From Enterobacteria phage vB_EcoM_IME281: a stretch of DNA of 64,000 nucleotides. Of this stretch, positions 1 to 9,697 are shown piece after piece. The translations under genes were made by a program, and so were the position numbers. Where the stretch lies: sequence record MH051913; one strand, written 5' to 3'. The notes under the pieces were generated by a model. That model saw only the letters and a list, made by a program, of their open reading frames with translations, was not told where the DNA came from and made no database searches. The number at the start of each line of letters is the position of its first letter. Position 1 is the stretch's first letter.

Positions 1-642
1 CGAGTTACTAAAGAAGATGGCTCAGAATCTGTTCTAACCGATACATTGATGGAAGCCTTCTGTATTATCCATAAGTTTAAGGTAGCTCCATGTCTGGCCA
101 CCGGTAGCTTTGAAGACCTTATTAAACTTCCTAATGATTTTGATTCAGTTGTTCCTGATTATAATTTTGCAGTGGATAACGCTGGCTTAACTATTGCAAA
201 CTCGACAGACTTTATTCCTAAGGTAGAAGGTAAAGTATTCACGGCTGAAGGCTTTGTACTGAAACCTGATGTTCCTACCTGGCTTCCTAATGGAAATCGT
301 GTAGCGATTAAATGTAAGAACTCTAAATTCAGCGAGAAGAAAAAGTCTGATAAGCCTATTAAAGTTGCAGTGGTTTTGTCCCAAGATGATATGGATTTGA
401 TGTGGCAATTCACCGATTATGTGACTGTTAACCGCATTAACAATGTCATCAGTAAGATTGGTGAAGTATCGCCGAAGGATTTCGGAAAGGTAATGGGCTT
501 GACTGTCCAGGATATCCTTGAAGAAGCCGCCCGTGAAGAATTGGAATTAACTGATGCGGAAAATCCTGTTGAAGTTAAAAAGCAACTTGTTGAGTGCGTA
601 AAAGATACCCTACGAGCAGTATGGATTGAATTAGTGTCGTAA
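1..642 (+). CDS. rnlB: RNA ligase 2 (Rnl2), C-terminal portion; reading frame is open to the window edge (5' truncated)
   Basis: Frame 1 has no stop from nt 1; protein (…[23 protein letters not shown]…[24 protein letters not shown]…WIELVS) matches recalled T4 Rnl2 C-terminus. Confidence 0.8.
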   Translation, partial: RVTKEDGSESVLTDTLMEAFCIIHKFKVAPCLATGSFEDLIKLPNDFDSVVPDYNFAVDNAGLTIANSTDFIPKVEGKVFTAEGFVLKPDVPTWLPNGNRVAIKCKNSKFSEKKKSDKPIKVAVVLSQDDMDLMWQFTDYVTVNRINNVISKIGEVSPKDFGKVMGLTVQDILEEAAREELELTDAENPVEVKKQLVECVKDTLRAVWIELVS

Positions 643-650
643 AGACGACA

Positions 651-675
651 AAGGGACCGTAAGGTCCCTTTTTAG
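651..675. terminator. Bidirectional hairpin (aagggacc-gtaa-ggtccctt + T-run) between convergent rnlB and gp24 paralog
   Basis: Perfect 8-bp inverted repeat with tetraloop followed by TTTT. Confidence 0.6.
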
Positions 676-1955
676 TTTTTATCCAATGGAGGAAGTTTTA
701 CACCAAGATAAGAACTCAATTGACTTTGATTAGCCATTTTGTCCATATCCGCACCATCAATAATACGAGCTTCTTTGTCGTCTTTAGCGACGGTATAAGG
801 ATTCGCAGTCAATGCATACCGAGCCAATAAAGATATGGTAGGTTGCAATGAATCCGGGTCTACAATAACCTTGAATTCACCTACTGAAGTATCACCTTCA
901 TCATCAACCTCTTCGAGCCCTTCCGTATAAGGCGCATAATACAAAGATGCGACCGTCTGCCCTTCACCCATCTGAGCATTTACACCGACAATAACATAAT
1001 CACACGGGCTATTCATATCGGCATAAAGTGGTAGACCGTTCTTTAATACGCCATAAGCTAATTCGTCTTGGTCTTCTTTTTTCTCAACCCAACCAGATGC
1101 AGCTAAAATAGCAGCGCAGCGAGAAGAAGCTACTGCATAAGTACCTGCAAACGAAGTCTGGCGTTGAACAGCAGAATTCATTTCACACATATAGTAATAC
1201 AAGGTACGTGCTCGGTCTTGGGCGTTATCGTATTGTGGGTCTGTTAAGTTCAAGACACCTTTCTCAGAAACTCCTTGGACTTTAAAACGAGAACTTACTG
1301 TAATTAAGGACTGTAATACGTCTTTATTAATTTCTTCAGCCATTTGAATAGCCAAAATATTGTCTATAAAGTCCGGTGCATTAAACCCGTTGGATTCTAA
1401 ATCCTGGGCCAGTTCCACAGTCAAAGAAGTTTTAAGTTTACGCGATTTAACTTCAGTCTGCCACTTATCAATACGGAACCCTGCTTCAGCAATCTCAGGA
1501 TGGCCTTTTTCAAATTTATTGGTAAAGGCTGCATCAGACATCATACGAATATGGCCCGCGGCAATAGCTTCTGAAATAACTTCACTCAAATCGGTTTCAG
1601 TTGTTCCTGCAAACGGAGAAGCTTCTAATACCTTGAAAACCACACTTTCGAATTGGAACATATCGCCAACAGCATATGCTTCGTCTTTATCGGTGAACTC
1701 AGGAATGTTTTTACGTTCGAACATACCAATTTCACCCGCAAAAGTGGCTCCACCGAGATAAGTCATTTTATCGTCTGGGTTTAAAACACGGACACCATAT
1801 AATGCTGCAACAGGTTGAGTAGTTTTTTGTTCAGCAACAAGGGCTTTAAAAATTCTTTTATTAGTTGCCTGGGTATATGAAAGAAGATTAGGACGGGCGA
1901 CCTGGTTGGCCGCCGTCAAAGTTGATTCTTGTATTAATGCATTAATCTTTTTCAT
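672..1955 (-). CDS. Second, divergent copy of gp24-like head vertex protein (major-capsid fold)
   Basis: 427 aa; clearly related to the adjacent gp24 and to gp23 (…SRKLKTSLTVELAQDLESNGF…YYAPYTEGL…ANPYTVAKDDKEARIID…). Confidence 0.75.
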   Translation of the reverse strand: MKKINALIQESTLTAANQVARPNLLSYTQATNKRIFKALVAEQKTTQPVAALYGVRVLNPDDKMTYLGGATFAGEIGMFERKNIPEFTDKDEAYAVGDMFQFESVVFKVLEASPFAGTTETDLSEVISEAIAAGHIRMMSDAAFTNKFEKGHPEIAEAGFRIDKWQTEVKSRKLKTSLTVELAQDLESNGFNAPDFIDNILAIQMAEEINKDVLQSLITVSSRFKVQGVSEKGVLNLTDPQYDNAQDRARTLYYYMCEMNSAVQRQTSFAGTYAVASSRCAAILAASGWVEKKEDQDELAYGVLKNGLPLYADMNSPCDYVIVGVNAQMGEGQTVASLYYAPYTEGLEEVDDEGDTSVGEFKVIVDPDSLQPTISLLARYALTANPYTVAKDDKEARIIDGADMDKMANQSQLSSYLGVKLPPLDKN

Positions 1956-3236
1956 TTATGCCTCGTAAATAATTGGAGGAAGTTTAACACCAAGCAGATA
2001 AGACATGTTACTCTGGCCTGCCATTAAATCCATATTAGTTGCGTCTATAACACGAGCTTCTTTATCATCTTTAGCAACGGTATACGGGTTTGCTGAAAGT
2101 GCATAACGAACCATCAGAGAAATAGCCGGTTGCAAACTATCAGGGTCTACAATAACTTTATAGGCGCCAACATGTTCTTGGTCGTCTAAATCCAGACCTT
2201 CGGTATACGGAGCATAGAAAATAGAACCAACTACTTCATTACCACCGTAATCTTCTTTAACGCCTACGATAACATAATCTAAAGGACTATTAACATCACA
2301 GAATACAGGCAATCCGTTAATCAAATAACCATAAGCAGTTTCTGGGAGCCAAGCTTCATCTTCAGGTTTGTGTTTCAACCAACCTGAACCAGCGAGCATC
2401 GCAGCAACACGACTAGATGCGACAACAAACGTACCTGAATAAGAAGTGGTTTTCTGAATTTCAGAATTCATCTCACAAACCATTTCGTATAATTTACGTG
2501 CAGATTCTGGAGCACTGTCATAAGACAAATCGACAATACCGTTATCAGACACACCAGTAACTTTATAGCGTTTAGATACAGTTATTAGAGACTGCAGAAC
2601 GTCTTTATTAATTTCATCAGCCATTACAGTGGCTAAAAGGTCTTCTAAGAACGCAGGGGCGTCGAAGCCATTAGATTCCATGTCTTGGGCTAGTTCTACA
2701 GTCAAAGCGGTTTTAAGCTTACGGGACTTAACAGGGGCGTTCCATTTATTAACCTGGAATACTGCATTGCTAATTTCAACATCACCTGCTTCGAATTTTT
2801 CTGTGTGAGCCGCATCAGGAACCAGACGACATGTTAATGACACTAAACCTTCTTGAAGAGCATCAGCCAATTCTGTGGCGCTAGTGGACGCGAGTGGGCT
2901 TGCTTTAAGAGCCTTATAAACCACATTCTGGTACTTGAAATATCCACCCTGAGCAATCGCCTGGGCCTTATCTGTGAGTTCTGGGATAGTTTCACGGTCT
3001 TTAGAACCAACTTCACCACCATAAGAGGCACCTGTCTGGAAACTAAATTCATTATCAGGGGTAAGATATTTGACACCATACAGTGCAGCAATAGGCTGGC
3101 TAGTACGTTGTTCGGCGATAATATCACGGTAAATCAATTTGGTTGTAGCACGGGTCAAAGCAACAAGATTAGGGCGACCCAATGAGTTGCTGGAAGTAGT
3201 TGTTGACTCGCGCAGTAATTCGTTAATCTTTGCCAT
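1956..3236 (-). CDS. 24: gp24 head vertex protein
   Basis: 426 aa; strong match to recalled T4 gp24 (MAKINELLRESTTT…VKSRKLKT…VELAQD…NGFDAP.FLEDLLAT.MADEINKD). Confidence 0.88.
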   Translation of the reverse strand: MAKINELLRESTTTSSNSLGRPNLVALTRATTKLIYRDIIAEQRTSQPIAALYGVKYLTPDNEFSFQTGASYGGEVGSKDRETIPELTDKAQAIAQGGYFKYQNVVYKALKASPLASTSATELADALQEGLVSLTCRLVPDAAHTEKFEAGDVEISNAVFQVNKWNAPVKSRKLKTALTVELAQDMESNGFDAPAFLEDLLATVMADEINKDVLQSLITVSKRYKVTGVSDNGIVDLSYDSAPESARKLYEMVCEMNSEIQKTTSYSGTFVVASSRVAAMLAGSGWLKHKPEDEAWLPETAYGYLINGLPVFCDVNSPLDYVIVGVKEDYGGNEVVGSIFYAPYTEGLDLDDQEHVGAYKVIVDPDSLQPAISLMVRYALSANPYTVAKDDKEARVIDATNMDLMAGQSNMSYLLGVKLPPIIYEA

Positions 3237-3263
3237 TGCGCTTTCCTTATTGAGGGTATATGT

Positions 3264-3271
3264 TTATTTAT
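3264..3271 (-). promoter_or_regulatory. T4-type late promoter box TATAAATA upstream of gp24
   Basis: Plus-strand TATTTATA about 28 nt upstream of the gp24 start. Confidence 0.55.
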
Positions 3272-3278
3272 AAAAGTT

Positions 3279-3322
3279 GTTTACAGCAAGATTCTCACAT
3301 GTTACTATAGACCTATCAAAAC
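3279..3322 (+). promoter_or_regulatory. Early promoter/stem-loop cassette (PeSL-like): GTTTAC -35, TACTATAG -10, ACCTATCAA, flanking inverted repeat
   Basis: tgtttaca…catgttactatagacctatcaaaacatg; IR catgtt/aacatg around the -10. Confidence 0.6.
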
Positions 3323-3337
3323 ATGAGGAGATTAAAA

Positions 3338-3604
3338 ATGAACAAGTTAAACTTTATTCGTACTACTCTTTCCGCTCTTGATAAAGACATCAAAGCTCTG
3401 GTAGAAAAATTCGGTACCAATCCTAACGGTAATGCAGTTAATGCATTGGTTAAGAAATACGAAGCCCTGGCTTATGAAACTGATTTCTGGTGGAACGGTG
3501 AATATTCTACCCATACCAAAGACAAATCCGGTAACTGGCTGAAAATCCAAGAAAATCGTATTGACTTCCGTGATATCATAAACCGTCGAGTTAAGATTGC
3601 ATAG
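3338..3604 (+). CDS. Small hypothetical early protein inserted between gp24 and gp23 on the opposite strand
   Basis: ORF with GAGGAG SD 7 nt upstream of the ATG at 3338; preceded by PeSL-like promoter, followed by hairpin. Confidence 0.5.
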   Translation: MNKLNFIRTTLSALDKDIKALVEKFGTNPNGNAVNALVKKYEALAYETDFWWNGEYSTHTKDKSGNWLKIQENRIDFRDIINRRVKIA

Positions 3605-3618
3605 TATAGAAACAAGAA

Positions 3619-3640
3619 TGGGAGACCGAAGTCTCCCATA
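3619..3640. terminator. Hairpin gggagac-cgaa-gtctccc; probable terminator for gp23 (minus) and the small plus ORF
   Basis: 7-bp perfect stem with tetraloop; same stem sequence recurs at 40225 and 41740. Confidence 0.6.
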
Positions 3641-3653
3641 ATAAGGTTATATC

Positions 3654-5213
3654 TTAGATACCTTTAACATATACGCGACGGAAGTAACCATTCAGACCGA
3701 GGCTGTTAACGATGTCAGGCATACCGCTCTGAATACGTTTGGTAGGAGCCTGTGCAGACGGGTCAGCGAACGGGTTGATACCGATACCGTAACGAGTTTT
3801 GAAGCCCATTACCGGTTGGAAGTTCTTCGGATCGGAACCACGCAGCGGGGTCAGTGCAACGTACGGAGCATAGTAGATACCTGCGTCCATTTCGTTAGCG
3901 CCTTTATAACCGATGGTGAAGTAATCGGAACGTGCATACTGGTCGATGTAAACGCGATATTTACCACCAAGAACACCGGCAAATACTGCTTTGGTTGTGT
4001 CAACGTTGAAACCTTGACCCAGACCTTGAGCTGCATAACTTACAGAAGTATCAACTGCAGCCAGTACGTTAACTACGTTACGGGAAGCGATGATGAAGTT
4101 ACCAGCACCACGACCGGTCTGACGAGCGATTTCGGCTGCTTCTTTATCAATCTGGAACAGAAGGGCTTTAAAGCTCTCACCGGCCCAACGAGCACCACGG
4201 ATATCAATCGGGTCCTGGAAGTCAAACACACCAGCTTTAGCGCCAACGGTGTTGGTCATACCAGATTTACCAACCTGTGCAGAGTAGTTAATCCAATCGA
4301 TAACTTCACGGTTGATTTCGAGCATAATTTCGGTAGCAAGGATACCGGACAGTTCAGCATCTGCATCCATACCGTGTACTGCACGAAGGTCCTGTGCCAG
4401 TTCGATAGAGTAGCTTGCTTTCAGCTGACGGGATTTAGCTTCGATAACTTGTTTGTCGATGCGGAAGCCCATTTCGTTCCACGGGTTATCGGTAGAACCG
4501 TTAAAGCCTTCCTGAAGTTCAGCGATAGAAGTAGCCATACCTTCAGCCAATTCAGCCAACTTACCAGCTTCAATCAAAGCGGTAACAGCAGCATCCAGTT
4601 TAGCGGCATCAGTAGCAGCAGCATCAACGGTTACGGCTTCAACAGCCTGGAAGTGTGCAGCACCGGTAGCTTCGAAGAAGTGAGAATAAATTTTACCAAC
4701 TTCCAGAACTTTGCTTGCAGCCAGTGCTTCGAAAGATTCAGCAGCACCCTGACCAGAGAACATAGAGTCTGGAGAATACATCGGATGGAAAGCTTCTTTA
4801 GCGCCAGAAGCGATAGGGTCTTTACCATAAACTGCACGAAGGGCAAATACCTGGCCGGTAGGGTTATTCAGAGGCTGAACACCACAAATATCAAAAGCAA
4901 TCAGATGAGGAATAGCACGACGAACCATACCCATTACTGCCGGCCCAATCTGAGTTACAGCACCAGAAGTCTGGCCAGCTGCGATATTGGTAGCATCATA
5001 ACCGTGGTCACCACCAATTTCAGCTTCGGTCAGGAAAGAACCAAATGCTTCAGAGATTTTTTCATCACGATATTCCGGAGCAGTCAGGATGTCTTGTTCC
5101 TGGTTTTCGAAAATTTTAGCGATGATAGCTTGTTTAGAAGCACCCACGATTTCAGGAAGGGCTTCGTTTTCCAGCAGAGCGGACCATTTTTGAACTAATG
5201 CATTCTTTTTCAT
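3654..5213 (-). CDS. 23: gp23 major capsid protein
   Basis: 519 aa; long near-identical stretches to recalled T4 gp23 (…NPWNEMGFRIDKQVIEAKSRQLKA.YSIELAQDLRAVHGMDADAELSGILATEIMLEINREV…). Confidence 0.95.
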   Translation of the reverse strand: MKKNALVQKWSALLENEALPEIVGASKQAIIAKIFENQEQDILTAPEYRDEKISEAFGSFLTEAEIGGDHGYDATNIAAGQTSGAVTQIGPAVMGMVRRAIPHLIAFDICGVQPLNNPTGQVFALRAVYGKDPIASGAKEAFHPMYSPDSMFSGQGAAESFEALAASKVLEVGKIYSHFFEATGAAHFQAVEAVTVDAAATDAAKLDAAVTALIEAGKLAELAEGMATSIAELQEGFNGSTDNPWNEMGFRIDKQVIEAKSRQLKASYSIELAQDLRAVHGMDADAELSGILATEIMLEINREVIDWINYSAQVGKSGMTNTVGAKAGVFDFQDPIDIRGARWAGESFKALLFQIDKEAAEIARQTGRGAGNFIIASRNVVNVLAAVDTSVSYAAQGLGQGFNVDTTKAVFAGVLGGKYRVYIDQYARSDYFTIGYKGANEMDAGIYYAPYVALTPLRGSDPKNFQPVMGFKTRYGIGINPFADPSAQAPTKRIQSGMPDIVNSLGLNGYFRRVYVKGI

Positions 5214-5234
5214 GTGTTGTATAACCTTATTAAA

Positions 5235-6050
5235 TTAAGAAATTCGTGATGCTGCGATTGCAGACAGGTCCGCGAAGGACAGGGTAGGCTTAGCGCCTTT
5301 TTCTTCAACTGCTTCTGAAATGTAATTCAGTGCCGCAGCATCGTCTACATTTTTATTTATAGCGGCTTCGGTGATTGGGTTTCCAACGTCAGACTGACCT
5401 TTAACCATTTCAACAATAGCGCCAATTTTTTTACCGAATGCATCGGAATAATCCATGCCTTCTACCAGAGAACTGACTTTTTCTTTTTGAGATTCGGTCA
5501 GGTCTTTAGTTGCTTCCGTAACAGCAACTTCACGCTGTACGTAATTAATATACGCATCGCGCATACCAACTTCTTCGAACAGACGAGCGGTTTCATCTTT
5601 CTGCTCTTGGAGCTCTTCTTCCATTTCAGCAACAACATCTACTGCTTCTTCTGGAACAACCACATTGTGTTCAACAAACAGTTCTTTCATACCCATCAAC
5701 ATGGATTCGAACAGTTCGGCTTTAATACCTTTATCAACAGCCAGCTGGTTTTCAGCCATCCATTCTTTAGCAACGTGGTCAAGGAAACGACCGGCAGCTT
5801 CTTGGATTTTCTTATCGGCTTTTTCTTCAGCTTCTTCTTTATTTTTCTCGACTTCTTCTTCCGCTTTTTCAGCGATTTTAGCGATGTGAGATTCAGCCAG
5901 TTTCACGGCGTGTTGCTTGACGGTAGCTTCGAATACAGTGCCGAAAGTTTCTTTTGCTTCCGGAGAAATATTAACTGATTCGAAAATACTGTCAAGAGCA
6001 ACGGAAGCATCAATATTCTGTGCTTCGGCGATCAGTTGTTCTTTAAGCAT
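5235..6050 (-). CDS. 22: gp22 prohead core scaffold protein
   Basis: 271 aa, acidic/coiled-coil, position between gp21 and gp23. Confidence 0.85.
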   Translation of the reverse strand: MLKEQLIAEAQNIDASVALDSIFESVNISPEAKETFGTVFEATVKQHAVKLAESHIAKIAEKAEEEVEKNKEEAEEKADKKIQEAAGRFLDHVAKEWMAENQLAVDKGIKAELFESMLMGMKELFVEHNVVVPEEAVDVVAEMEEELQEQKDETARLFEEVGMRDAYINYVQREVAVTEATKDLTESQKEKVSSLVEGMDYSDAFGKKIGAIVEMVKGQSDVGNPITEAAINKNVDDAAALNYISEAVEEKGAKPTLSFADLSAIAASRIS

Positions 6051-6077
6051 TTTGTAGTCCTGTTGTTTAGATAATAA

Positions 6078-6085
6078 TATTTATA
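6078..6085 (-). promoter_or_regulatory. Late promoter box TATAAATA upstream of gp22 (overlaps gp21 stop)
   Basis: Plus-strand TATTTATA about 28 nt upstream of the gp22 start. Confidence 0.55.
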
Positions 6086-6716
6086 ACGCTTTTTTCATGG
6101 CCTCTGCGAGAGCCATAAAGGCGTCATCGGCACTGGTATCGGTTTCTACCGTTTGTGATTCTGTAATTTGCTTCGGAGTTACATAAGCATCAGGAGCAGA
6201 TGGTCCCCATACTGCATCAACACCGACGGTTAATTTATAACCTTCGTTTACACGCTTATATCCTTTATTGGTTTCAGTTAAAGAACCAAGACCGCGAGAA
6301 CTAACACCAGGAACCCAGCCAGCTCGGATATTTGCAGCTAGTTTATCACCCGGGCCATGGTCACCTTCGATGATACGTGCACGTCCATAAACATCATTAC
6401 CTTTCCACCACATATCTTCAATAATGATAGCAGCTTGCATAGGGTCAACGTTAGCACGAGGTGGGTGGTTTAATTCTCCTAAAGCTTGTTTAGTAGCAAC
6501 CTGTTCTGCCATATAATCGGCAACGGCTTTTTCCAAAATAGGTTTTGGGTAAAGGCGTTTATTACGGTTAACTACCTCTGCTTGCATGAAAATGCCTTCT
6601 ATATAAAGGCCGGGAGCAAGCCCAGAATTTTTTCCATCATGAGATTCCAACATAGGAACCCCATCGATAATTTCACCTGGTTGTCCCCAATGTTCGATGA
6701 GCAATTCAGGTTTCAT
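6081..6716 (-). CDS. 21: gp21 prohead core scaffold protein and protease
   Basis: 211 aa; conserved position and size versus T4 gp21. Confidence 0.88.
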   Translation of the reverse strand: MKPELLIEHWGQPGEIIDGVPMLESHDGKNSGLAPGLYIEGIFMQAEVVNRNKRLYPKPILEKAVADYMAEQVATKQALGELNHPPRANVDPMQAAIIIEDMWWKGNDVYGRARIIEGDHGPGDKLAANIRAGWVPGVSSRGLGSLTETNKGYKRVNEGYKLTVGVDAVWGPSAPDAYVTPKQITESQTVETDTSADDAFMALAEAMKKAL

Positions 6717-7144
6717 TAGTTAAGTCCAAAAGCTTTACGTTTAGAACGGGCTTTCTTACGCTTACGTTCGGCACGTACTTGAGTAGACGGATTAGCACGT
6801 TTGGTTTTAGATGCTTTACGAGCAATCTGACGGCGTTTTGCTTTAGATAAACCTGTCGTTTGGAACGCATTACGTTGACGGGTTTTAATATCTTTAGTAC
6901 GAGTAAGCTCACCTTTAGAGGAAACGTGTTTAACGATAAATTCGTTAAGAGCCATTGATTCATTTAAAGAACCAAGAGCGATAGCACATTCGATATCGCC
7001 TTCAGCAATCATGTTCTCTACAAGATTATTTATATCGCTTTTCTCGAGCGCTTCAGAAAGAGCAGCAAAACGTCCCTGTGCTTCTGGAATTTTGGCCTCT
7101 ACGCTTTCTAGAGTTAATTCGTAATCATCAGGGATAAGGAACAT
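6716..7144 (-). CDS. 68: gp68 prohead core protein
   Basis: 142 aa, basic C-terminus; synteny 20-67-68-21. Confidence 0.7.
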   Translation of the reverse strand: MFLIPDDYELTLESVEAKIPEAQGRFAALSEALEKSDINNLVENMIAEGDIECAIALGSLNESMALNEFIVKHVSSKGELTRTKDIKTRQRNAFQTTGLSKAKRRQIARKASKTKRANPSTQVRAERKRKKARSKRKAFGLN

Positions 7145-7389
7145 TATTCATCGTCCTCGTCATCATCCGCATCGTCAGATTCTTTTTTGTCTTTCTTATC
7201 TGCTTTATCGGATTTTTCGTCGTCTTCGTCATCTTCGTCAGCTTCTTCGCCTTCAATCATAACGGAGCGAGCAATTTCTGCTTTACGGGCTTCAATCAAA
7301 GCGGTTACTCGAGATTCGATAAGCGGGGCTGCTGCTTTACGAACTGCTACGAGGTCGTTTGATTTAATAGCTTCGATTAAATCTTCCAT
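7144..7389 (-). CDS. 67: gp67 prohead core protein
   Basis: 81 aa with poly-acidic C-terminus (…[34 protein letters not shown]); synteny. Confidence 0.75.
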   Translation of the reverse strand: MEDLIEAIKSNDLVAVRKAAAPLIESRVTALIEARKAEIARSVMIEGEEADEDDEDDEKSDKADKKDKKESDDADDDEDDE

Positions 7390-8963
7390 TAGAAATCCTC
7401 TTCTTCTTCATCTGGGTTTTGGAAACGAGCCTCTTTAGACTCTTCTTCAATTTGCTTAGCTTCTTGATTAATTTCTTCGTCGGTCATTTGGAGGAAATCT
7501 TTCATAGCCGTTTGATGTGAAATATACTTACCAATAAATGGTTCAGCCATCGTTAGCATATTGATTCTGCGTTCCATGATTTCAGCATCTTTCATTTCAC
7601 TGAAATAGCTATCACGGTTAAACGTAACTTTAATATTATTTATTTCCTTTTCCCACTCATCTTCTGTAATAATCTTTTTAAGAATGAGGTTTGTTTTTAA
7701 CGGGTCTAGGAAAATTTCTTCAAATTTGTTTTGTAGTTGACGAATCCATTTAGAGAATTTTAATTCGTCACGAGTGATTGCTGTACCGGCATCAAACATA
7801 ACACCAGAATTAGACTCGCTAGGGATACGTGATTCAGGAACACGCAACGCACGGTAAAGTGCTGTGCGGAAATAAAGAACGTCATCCATATCACTCATAC
7901 CAGTAGCACCTGGCATTGTATCAACTTCTGTTACCGCTTTACCATCACGACGTTGCAACCAATAGTCTTCAGTCATGGACATATTGTGTTGTTGGTTTTT
8001 AATTTTACCTGTCGAAGCATCATACACCACACGGTTTTTCATCGTGTTCATGATATGTTGCATTTGTGCTGCAGCCTTACGTGAAGGCATATTACCTGTA
8101 TCGATATAAAACACACGACGGTCAGGAGCACGTGTAATACGGTAGATGACCATTGCGTCTTCCATCAATTTAAGCTGGTTTGCAGGCTTAATAGCACGTT
8201 GCAAATAGCCAATGATGTTTTTACCACAACAATCTAATAATCCAGAATGAGCATAAACCACTGCAGCACGAGGAATTTTAACTTTAGTCCCGGCTGAATA
8301 AATGCGTCCGTCAGCGCAATAACTTTCATGGCCTGTATCATAAACGAAAAACTCGCGATATCCGTCTACAACTTTAACGCCATCTTCCATACGTGTAACG
8401 ATTTCACGAATATATTGGACTTGGCGTGGGTCTAAGCGACGAAGCTCTTGTACGCCATCTTTCATTTTTTTAGGGTTTATAATTTTATGAAAGAAAATTC
8501 TTGAGTCTACATACCAGCGTTGGAAATGGTCAGTACCTTTACGTTGGAAATTTAAAAGGTTTAAAACTTCACTGAATTCGGCCAAGATTTTATCTTTAAT
8601 TGCTTGACTAAATTCTGTCCCGTCTAAATTCAATGCAACTACTTCTTTATCATCCTCATAGACAATAGCGTCAGACACAATTTCCTGTACGGCGTTGTCG
8701 ACTTCATAGTTGTTCATTAAATTACGGTAGGTATCAATAAGTTCCCTGGTATTTTTAACTTCAGGCTCATTACTACCAAACATCTGTTGCATAAGAGCAT
8801 TATAAGGAATATTTTGCTCTTGTGTCTCAATTTCGCGAGCGCCATCATCAAGCTTAGGTGCGGTGACAGACTCTAAATTGTTATTAATTTGTTGTTTATA
8901 TTCTTTTTCGTCTTCATTAGCCCATGGCTTAAGAAAACTTAATATTGTATTAAAGTTTGCCAT
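7389..8963 (-). CDS. 20: gp20 portal vertex protein
   Basis: 524 aa; synteny and size match T4 gp20. Confidence 0.9.
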   Translation of the reverse strand: MANFNTILSFLKPWANEDEKEYKQQINNNLESVTAPKLDDGAREIETQEQNIPYNALMQQMFGSNEPEVKNTRELIDTYRNLMNNYEVDNAVQEIVSDAIVYEDDKEVVALNLDGTEFSQAIKDKILAEFSEVLNLLNFQRKGTDHFQRWYVDSRIFFHKIINPKKMKDGVQELRRLDPRQVQYIREIVTRMEDGVKVVDGYREFFVYDTGHESYCADGRIYSAGTKVKIPRAAVVYAHSGLLDCCGKNIIGYLQRAIKPANQLKLMEDAMVIYRITRAPDRRVFYIDTGNMPSRKAAAQMQHIMNTMKNRVVYDASTGKIKNQQHNMSMTEDYWLQRRDGKAVTEVDTMPGATGMSDMDDVLYFRTALYRALRVPESRIPSESNSGVMFDAGTAITRDELKFSKWIRQLQNKFEEIFLDPLKTNLILKKIITEDEWEKEINNIKVTFNRDSYFSEMKDAEIMERRINMLTMAEPFIGKYISHQTAMKDFLQMTDEEINQEAKQIEEESKEARFQNPDEEEEDF

Positions 8964-8986
8964 TAGAGTCTCCGATGAATGGGATA

Positions 8987-9003
8987 AGGAGCCGAAGCTC
9001 CTT
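8987..9003 (-). promoter_or_regulatory. UUCG-type hairpin (aggagc-uucg-gcuccu on the minus strand) in the gp20 leader
   Basis: 6-bp stem around a CTTCGG loop, between a late promoter box and the gp20 start. Confidence 0.45.
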
Positions 9004-9011
9004 GATAATTC

Positions 9012-9019
9012 TATTTATA
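9012..9019 (-). promoter_or_regulatory. Late promoter box TATAAATA upstream of gp20
   Basis: Plus-strand TATTTATA. Confidence 0.5.
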
Positions 9020-9020
9020 C

Positions 9021-9512
9021 TCATTCCCACCAATCGATAGCGAACGTAGATTCGAAAGTTTCTACCTCGTTGTTGCTGTCCCAATCCATCTGGACTTCAC
9101 CAACGTTAGTAGGCCATAAGCCGTAAATTGTAACTTCTTTGGTCACAGTCTTGCCGTCACGATGGAACTGGCGAACTACTGCTTGTTTCTTATATTCTGC
9201 AGGTGCTGCACCGGTAATTTCATTGGTCATACCGTGACAGAGATTCTGCCAATCGACAATTGCTTGACGGGTGTCATGTGCATCATCGTTATAAATGGTA
9301 ATGGTCCAATCATCAAACGTACGGTCACCGGCTACGTTAATTTTACGGTTCATGTAGCCAACCGGTACTTTTTCTACAATGCCTGCCGGCATAGGTGCTG
9401 CTTTACATTTAAAGCTAAAGTTTTTACCTAGAAATGGAATTTCCACTTCGAAAAGGTTAGGGCGTGCAAAGTCACCTGACTCAAACGCACGAGTGATATC
9501 TGTCAACTCCAT
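9021..9512 (-). CDS. 19: gp19 tail tube protein
   Basis: 163 aa (same as T4 gp19); synteny after gp18. Confidence 0.9.
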   Translation of the reverse strand: MELTDITRAFESGDFARPNLFEVEIPFLGKNFSFKCKAAPMPAGIVEKVPVGYMNRKINVAGDRTFDDWTITIYNDDAHDTRQAIVDWQNLCHGMTNEITGAAPAEYKKQAVVRQFHRDGKTVTKEVTIYGLWPTNVGEVQMDWDSNNEVETFESTFAIDWWE

Positions 9513-9530
9513 GGGATGCCTCTTAAGTCA

Positions 9531-9551
9531 GTTCCTGGACACACCAGGAAC
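9531..9551 (-). promoter_or_regulatory. 8-bp hairpin (gttcctgg…ccaggaac) in the gp19 leader
   Basis: Perfect inverted repeat between the late promoter box and the gp19 start. Confidence 0.4.
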
Positions 9552-9564
9552 GTTCTGATTAATT

Positions 9565-9572
9565 TATTTATA
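9565..9572 (-). promoter_or_regulatory. Late promoter box TATAAATA upstream of gp19
   Basis: Plus-strand TATTTATA. Confidence 0.5.
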
Positions 9573-9697
9573 ACAGTTGATAAATCATATTCCTAAAGAA
9601 TAATCAATCCCAGGCGCAATTCTACGTGATGTACGCTGTAACCAAACTCATGGTATAATGGTTTTAGGTTCTTTATATTACAGCCTGGGATAATAGA

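Noticed and set aside
3338-3604. Homing endonuclease between gp23 and gp24 (as segD in T4)
   Set aside because: The ORF is only 89 aa and shows no GIY-YIG, HNH or LAGLIDADG motif.
3816-5198. 460-aa plus-strand ORF
   Set aside because: Lies antisense to and entirely within gp23; low-complexity translation. It is a reading-frame artefact of a highly expressed, codon-biased gene.
5487-5978. 163-aa and 74-aa plus-strand ORFs inside gp22
   Set aside because: Antisense to the scaffold gene; Phe/Ser-rich low-complexity translation.
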